Both the position numbers and the translations under genes were made by a program. Under the pieces are notes generated by a model. The model did not search any database. It had not been told where the DNA came from and saw nothing but the letters and a program-made list of their open reading frames with translations. This document shows positions 24,704-29,206 of a stretch of 29,206 bases of DNA, piece by piece (the stretch's first letter is position 1; every line of letters begins with the position of its first letter). Origin of the DNA: Nannocystis sp. ILAH1 (GTDB taxonomy: Bacteria; Myxococcota_A; Polyangia; Nannocystales; Nannocystaceae). The stretch covers positions 1 through 29,206 of the forward strand of contig NZ_JAPNKD010000014.1 of assembly GCF_026626585.1 (NCBI RefSeq). The letters run 5' to 3'.

Positions 24704-27700
24704 TCACGGCTTATCACGGCCGACGGAGACCGGCAGCTCGACGATGAACGTGGCCCCGGCGCCTGGGGGGCTGACGCATCGGATCGACCCGCCGTGGGCC
24801 TCGACGAGCCTGCGGCTGATGTACAGCCCGAGGCCCAGGCCCCCGTAGTGCTTCTCCGACACCGCACGCTCGAAGCGCCCGAAGATCCGGTCGCGCTGCT
24901 CCGGGGCGATGCCGATGCCGTGGTCCCGGACCGCGAGCCGCGCCACGCCGCCCTCCGCGCCGACGAAGAGCTCGATGGGCTCGCCGGCCCCGAACTTGAT
25001 GGCATTGGAGAGCAGGTTGGTCACGACCCGGTCGATACGGGAGCGATCCCATCTCCCCACGACCGGAGCGCCGCTATCGATCGACACCGGGCAGCGGGCG
25101 CGCGTAAGATCCATCTCGAAGCGCTCGGCCACCTCGCGGACGAGGGCGACGAGGTCGACGTCGGTGAGCTCCAGCGGCAATGGCCCCGCCTCCATCCGCG
25201 AGACGTCGAGCAGATCGTTGGTGAGCCTGGTCAGTCGGGCTCCCTGCCGCCCGGCGAGCTCGACCAGCCTGTCGACGGTTTGCGGATCCATGGGCCGCCC
25301 CAAGAGCGTCGCCCGGCGCAAGGACTCGAGCGCGAGCATGAGCGAGGTCACCGGGGTGTTCAGCTCGTGGGAAGCGACGGTGAGGAACTCGCTCCGTGCG
25401 CGGACGGCCTCCTGAGAGGCGCGGTAGAGACGTGCGTTGTCGATCGCGGTCGCGGCGCGGCACGCTGCTTCCTGCGCCAGCTCGAGATCGGCGCGCCCGT
25501 AGCGGCCCGGCACGGCCGAGACGATGCTCAGCACCCCGAGCGTCTGCCCGCGCGCCACGAGCGGCACCATCATGGAGCTCTGTGCCCCGAGCTCGCGGAG
25601 CAACCTCTTGTGCTCGTCGTCCACGGTGATCGTTCGCATGTGCTCGTCGGGGAGCCGAGGGAACAGGAGCGGCGCACCCGTCCTGAGGACCACGGCCGCC
25701 GGGTGGGGCGAGTCCCAGTGAGGGGGATACCGCCGCTGGAGCTCCTCGATCAATCGCTCCTTCGCGGGATCCTTGTGTGCCCCGGAGACGCGCTGGATCC
25801 CCCCGGCCTCCACGACGTCGATCAGGCAAAAGTCGCAGATCGATCGCACGCACAGCCGTCCGAGGCGGTCCAGCGTCTGCTCGTAATCGAGGGACGCGGA
25901 CAGGATCTTCCCGGCCTCGGCCAGAAAGGCCGCGCGCTGGAGGAGCAACGCGTTCTCGAGCGAGATGGCCGCCTGCGTGGCGCAGAGCGAGAGGGCGACG
26001 AGCCGATCGGGCGTGAAGGCGCCGGCGAGGAGGTTGTTCTCGAGGTAGAGCAGCCCGACCACCTCGGCCTGCCGCAGGATCGGCATACAGAGGACCGACT
26101 TGGGCCGGTGCCGGGCGAAGTAGTCGTCGCCGCCGAGCTTATCGGCGTCGGCGGCGGCGTCGCTCAAAATGACGCGTTCCTTCGTCCGGTGCGCATAGTG
26201 GACGACGGACGCAGGGAGGCGCTGGGAACCATCCACGGGCGCGGGCTCGAGGACGGTCGTCACCAACCCCTTGTGTTCGAGGGTCGCCTCCGCCTCGATC
26301 GAGAGGCTCTCGTCGCGACACAGGACGAGGCAAGCCCTCTGCGCGCCGCCCTGCTCGAGCACGATAGCGAGCAGCGTGCGCACCAGCTTGTCGAGGACGA
26401 TCTCGCTCGAGATGGTCTGCGAGGCCTTGGTCACCGAGTAGAGGTCGAGCTCGACGGGCCGAACCGCGACGGTGGCGGTGGGCGCGAAGGTCCTGGGCTC
26501 GAAGAGCCGGGGATGTTGCCGATCGAGCTGCTTCACTTTGCCGTCGGCCCCCCACAGGGCATAACAGGCGCGCGCGTCGCGGAGATGGGCAAAGCCGTTC
26601 TTGTCGAGGCCGCGGTCGAGATAGAACCGGCCGGCCAGCTCGTTGGCCAGCGCCTCGTTCTGCACGAAGCCGTTGTCGTGGGCCGAGCGGATGGCCCGCT
26701 CGTAGAGGCGCATGGCATCGAGGTCGCGGCCCGAAACGCGCGCGAGCTCGGCGTCCACCAACGCAGCGCGGTTCTCGAAATTCTCCGGGCAATCCCGAGC
26801 CCATCTCGCGAGCGCTTCGCGGTGGGCGGCCAGAGCTTCGACATGCTGCTGCCGTTGGCTGGCCGCGGTGGCATCGCAGGAGGCGGCGTGAGACAGCGCG
26901 CCGTAAAAGTGATAGTCTGCCGTCTCGATGAATGATGGCAATGTCCAGAGCAACTGCTGCGCCCTCGATGCTGCCGCGACGGCGGCCCCATGATCGCCGG
27001 CGAAGAAGCGCGCCTGCAGCTTCTCGATCCAGTAGCGGCACTCGGCCTGCGCCAGCACCGGATTGTTCGCCAAATGGCGCTCGAACCGCCGCTCGTCGAA
27101 CTGCCCGTCGTCGAAGGAGCCGAATGTCGGCGTCGCGCCGCGCAGCGTCCGGACGAGCTGGAGCTGCGCGGTGATGATGTCCGCGGCGAAGCCGAACCGC
27201 GCCTTCTGGGCGAACTCCAGGCCATCCTCGGCTTCGCGTTGCACCTCGACGAGCGGATCTCCTGCCGTGAGCCTGATGCTGTTCAGCTGGAAACAGCTGC
27301 ATGCGGCGAACGTGAGGTCACCGGTCTCATTCGCCGCCTCGAAGGCGCGACGCGCCAGGTCACGGCCAGCCCGCACAGGCCTCATCCACGGCATGACCAT
27401 GGTTCCGAAGACCATGTAAGTCCTGCCCTGGAAGCGCTTCAACCCGCGTCGTTCGACCAGTTCGTAGCCGAGCTGACCGAACCGGAATCCAGCCTCGGAG
27501 TGACTGAAGAGCGGCCCGGCGACCATGCCGACGTTGGGATATGCGAGGCACGAACCATCGCTGTTGCCGTGCTCGAGGCTCAAATTCACGGCCCTGCAGG
27601 CGACCAGGGCGAACAGCCTCACATCCGTGAGGACCGCAGGCGACGCGACTTTGGTCAGGACATCCAGAGTAGCGAGGGATGCCGGGTCGGTCATCAAGGG

Positions 27701-29206
27701 CAGGTCGATGAGCTCCTCGATCGTGCGCTCCCCGAGCTGGGACCAGATCCGCTCGTATTCGCGTCGCGCTTCCTCTTCTGTCGGATGCGGCGACCAGTCG
27801 ACGCCCATATGTCGGAGGTAATCGAGAGCGACGGCGACGGCGCGGTCGCTCCGGTCGAGGTTCATATACACATCCAGGCGCAGGCAGGTGACGGCCGCCT
27901 GGTCGACGACGCTTTCGGCCCGACCCCAGAGCATCGCCAGCCGCTGCTCCGCCGCCTCCAGCGCGCCGGTCAGGAACTCGCATTCCGCCCGGTGGAGCTC
28001 CAGCGCGAAGGTGAGCCCGTACAGGCGCTCCCAGCGGTCCTCGGTGAGCAGCGCCGCGCCGGCGGCGAGGTAGGTCAAGGCCGACGCATAGGCTGTCGCC
28101 CTCCTGGCGCGTTTGCCGGCCATCAGATTGAGCTCGGCGATCCGCTCCCGCTCCTCTTGCGACCCGACCAGCTCGCTGCCGCGATTGAGCTGATTGACGA
28201 CATCGAAGATCTGTTCGGCGATCTCGTCAGGCGTCAGCTTCGAAGCCAGGATTCGGCCGATGCGCAGCTGGGTCCCGGCGCGCAGCTCTTCAGGGATCAG
28301 CGAATAGGCCGCCTCCTGAACTCGGTCGTGGAGAAAGATGTAGCCTTCGTCTTGCCGGAAGACGAGGCCCGCCCGCACGGCCGCCCAGAAGGCGGCGTGG
28401 ATCGCCTCCGCCGGTCGCTCGAGCACGAGGCCGAGTGTCCCGAAGCCCACGATGTTTCCGAGACAGGCGAACTGTTTCAGGGCCTCCTGCGTGTCCCCCG
28501 GCAGGCGGGCGAGCTTGCCCAGCATCAGGTCCACCACGTTGTCCGTGTAGCCCTTGGCGTGGATGCGCGGCAGATCCCAGGTCCAGGTCCCGCTACCGGG
28601 GTCGAAGCGCAATAGCTTCTCCTCGGCCAGGGTCGTCAGGAACTGGATGGTGAAGAACGGATTGCCGCCGGTCTTCTCGAACACCAGTTGCGAGAGCGGC
28701 CGGGCCCGCTCGGGCGGACCATGGAGCGCATCGGCGATGAGCCGCTCCACGTCTTCCCGCGCCAGCGGGGCCAGGACGATCTCCCGCACCATGCCGCCCG
28801 CCTCGCGGATCGCCTCCAGGCTGCGCATCAGCGGGTGGCTGCGGTCGACCTCGTTGTCGCGGTAGGCCCCGACCAGGAGGAGGTGATGCACGTCCGGGTG
28901 GGTCGCCAGATCGGCGAGCAGGGCCAGCGTCCCCGCGTCCAGCCACTGCAGGTCGTCGAGGAAGAGCACCAGCGGATGCGCGGCCCGGGCGAAGACGCCA
29001 ATGAGCCGCCGGAACACCATCTGAAAGCGGTGCTGCGCCTCCTGGGGCGGCAGCTCCTCGACCTCCGGCTGTGGCCCGATGACGAGCTCGAGCTCGGGGA
29101 CGAGGTTCACCATGAGCTGACCGCTCGGGCCCAGCGCCTCGCGCAGAGCGTCCCGCCACTGCCCGATCCTCGCTTCGCTCTCGCCCAGGATCTGGCGGAT
29201 CAGACC
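24704..29206 (-). CDS. 5'-truncated giant multidomain sensor. Within the window: AAA+ (AAA_16/STAND-like) ATPase from the Walker B region (LVLFLDDLQWLD) onward, long TPR-like helical region, two GAF domains, HisKA (H-box SHELNTP) and HATPase_c (N box NLLSNAIKF, G1 DHGIGI, G2 GGLGLGL). The frame stays open to the window edge, so the N-terminus (probably a Ser/Thr kinase domain plus Walker A) lies outside
   Basis: 4.5-kb ORF with high GC3. Motifs read directly. Minus-strand translation of 29114-29206 (..GLIRQILGESEARIGQWRDALREALGPSGQLMVNLV) has no stop, so the track's Met at 29113 is internal. Architecture (STK)-AAA-GAF-HK is common in myxobacteria and cyanobacteria (established knowledge). The HK module is at about 24707-25500. 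Confidence 0.9.
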   Translation of the reverse strand, partial: GLIRQILGESEARIGQWRDALREALGPSGQLMVNLVPELELVIGPQPEVEELPPQEAQHRFQMVFRRLIGVFARAAHPLVLFLDDLQWLDAGTLALLADLATHPDVHHLLLVGAYRDNEVDRSHPLMRSLEAIREAGGMVREIVLAPLAREDVERLIADALHGPPERARPLSQLVFEKTGGNPFFTIQFLTTLAEEKLLRFDPGSGTWTWDLPRIHAKGYTDNVVDLMLGKLARLPGDTQEALKQFACLGNIVGFGTLGLVLERPAEAIHAAFWAAVRAGLVFRQDEGYIFLHDRVQEAAYSLIPEELRAGTQLRIGRILASKLTPDEIAEQIFDVVNQLNRGSELVGSQEERERIAELNLMAGKRARRATAYASALTYLAAGAALLTEDRWERLYGLTFALELHRAECEFLTGALEAAEQRLAMLWGRAESVVDQAAVTCLRLDVYMNLDRSDRAVAVALDYLRHMGVDWSPHPTEEEARREYERIWSQLGERTIEELIDLPLMTDPASLATLDVLTKVASPAVLTDVRLFALVACRAVNLSLEHGNSDGSCLAYPNVGMVAGPLFSHSEAGFRFGQLGYELVERRGLKRFQGRTYMVFGTMVMPWMRPVRAGRDLARRAFEAANETGDLTFAACSCFQLNSIRLTAGDPLVEVQREAEDGLEFAQKARFGFAADIITAQLQLVRTLRGATPTFGSFDDGQFDERRFERHLANNPVLAQAECRYWIEKLQARFFAGDHGAAVAAASRAQQLLWTLPSFIETADYHFYGALSHAASCDATAASQRQQHVEALAAHREALARWARDCPENFENRAALVDAELARVSGRDLDAMRLYERAIRSAHDNGFVQNEALANELAGRFYLDRGLDKNGFAHLRDARACYALWGADGKVKQLDRQHPRLFEPRTFAPTATVAVRPVELDLYSVTKASQTISSEIVLDKLVRTLLAIVLEQGGAQRACLVLCRDESLSIEAEATLEHKGLVTTVLEPAPVDGSQRLPASVVHYAHRTKERVILSDAAADADKLGGDDYFARHRPKSVLCMPILRQAEVVGLLYLENNLLAGAFTPDRLVALSLCATQAAISLENALLLQRAAFLAEAGKILSASLDYEQTLDRLGRLCVRSICDFCLIDVVEAGGIQRVSGAHKDPAKERLIEELQRRYPPHWDSPHPAAVVLRTGAPLLFPRLPDEHMRTITVDDEHKRLLRELGAQSSMMVPLVARGQTLGVLSIVSAVPGRYGRADLELAQEAACRAATAIDNARLYRASQEAVRARSEFLTVASHELNTPVTSLMLALESLRRATLLGRPMDPQTVDRLVELAGRQGARLTRLTNDLLDVSRMEAGPLPLELTDVDLVALVREVAERFEMDLTRARCPVSIDSGAPVVGRWDRSRIDRVVTNLLSNAIKFGAGEPIELFVGAEGGVARLAVRDHGIGIAPEQRDRIFGRFERAVSEKHYGGLGLGLYISRRLVEAHGGSIRCVSPPGAGATFIVELPVSVGRDKP

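Overview
Very GC-rich window (about 70% GC, GC3 near 90% in real genes) that looks like a myxobacterial chromosome of the Sorangium/Polyangiaceae type. The basis for that guess is multiple secreted proteins built from the Myxococcus cysteine-rich repeat (CGDGxV..EECDDGN, TIGR02232-like), a giant 3,200-aa cytoplasmic TPR protein, and a 5'-truncated large sensor gene whose in-window part carries an AAA-type ATPase region, GAF domains and a histidine kinase module (an N-terminal Ser/Thr kinase domain is expected upstream but is outside the window). The six-frame track contains many long Arg/Pro/Ala-rich shadow ORFs, as expected at this GC content; I rejected those on codon/GC3 and composition grounds. 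Supported gene content follows. Almost everything is on the minus strand. From high to low coordinates: a partial multidomain sensor (AAA/GAF/HisKA-HATPase, N-terminus outside window, 24704-29206); a small hypothetical ORF; a small membrane protein; a Ca-binding (EF-hand-like) acidic lipoprotein on the plus strand with a good sigma-54 type -24/-12 promoter; an MFS transporter; a protein with a C-terminal SMI1/KNR4 (SUKH-like) domain on the plus strand; a PAP2 phosphatase with a tandemly repeated Pro-rich N-terminal linker; a secreted ferritin-like (EXXH x2) lipoprotein; a 1.1-kb non-coding gap containing a duplicated ~95-nt structured element, a 26-bp perfect inverted repeat and a T8 terminator-like site; then an apparent operon of a giant TPR protein (5815-15432/15516), two Cys-rich lipoproteins (one built from TIGR02232-type repeats) and a small acidic protein, followed by a 641-aa secreted protein with 11 Cys repeats and a DUF1554-like C-terminal domain. 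Several nucleotide-level signals are not explained by the gene models: a family of ACCTG..CAGGT palindromes in intergenic hairpin arrays and inside coding sequence at TPR signature positions using rare codons, frameshifted tandem copies of a gene 3' end, and similar stop-codon-proximal hairpins. Coordinates follow the supplied ORF track, which includes the stop codon. My manual position reading near 19.0-19.2 kb disagreed with the track by 1 nt, so motif coordinates there carry about 1-2 nt uncertainty.
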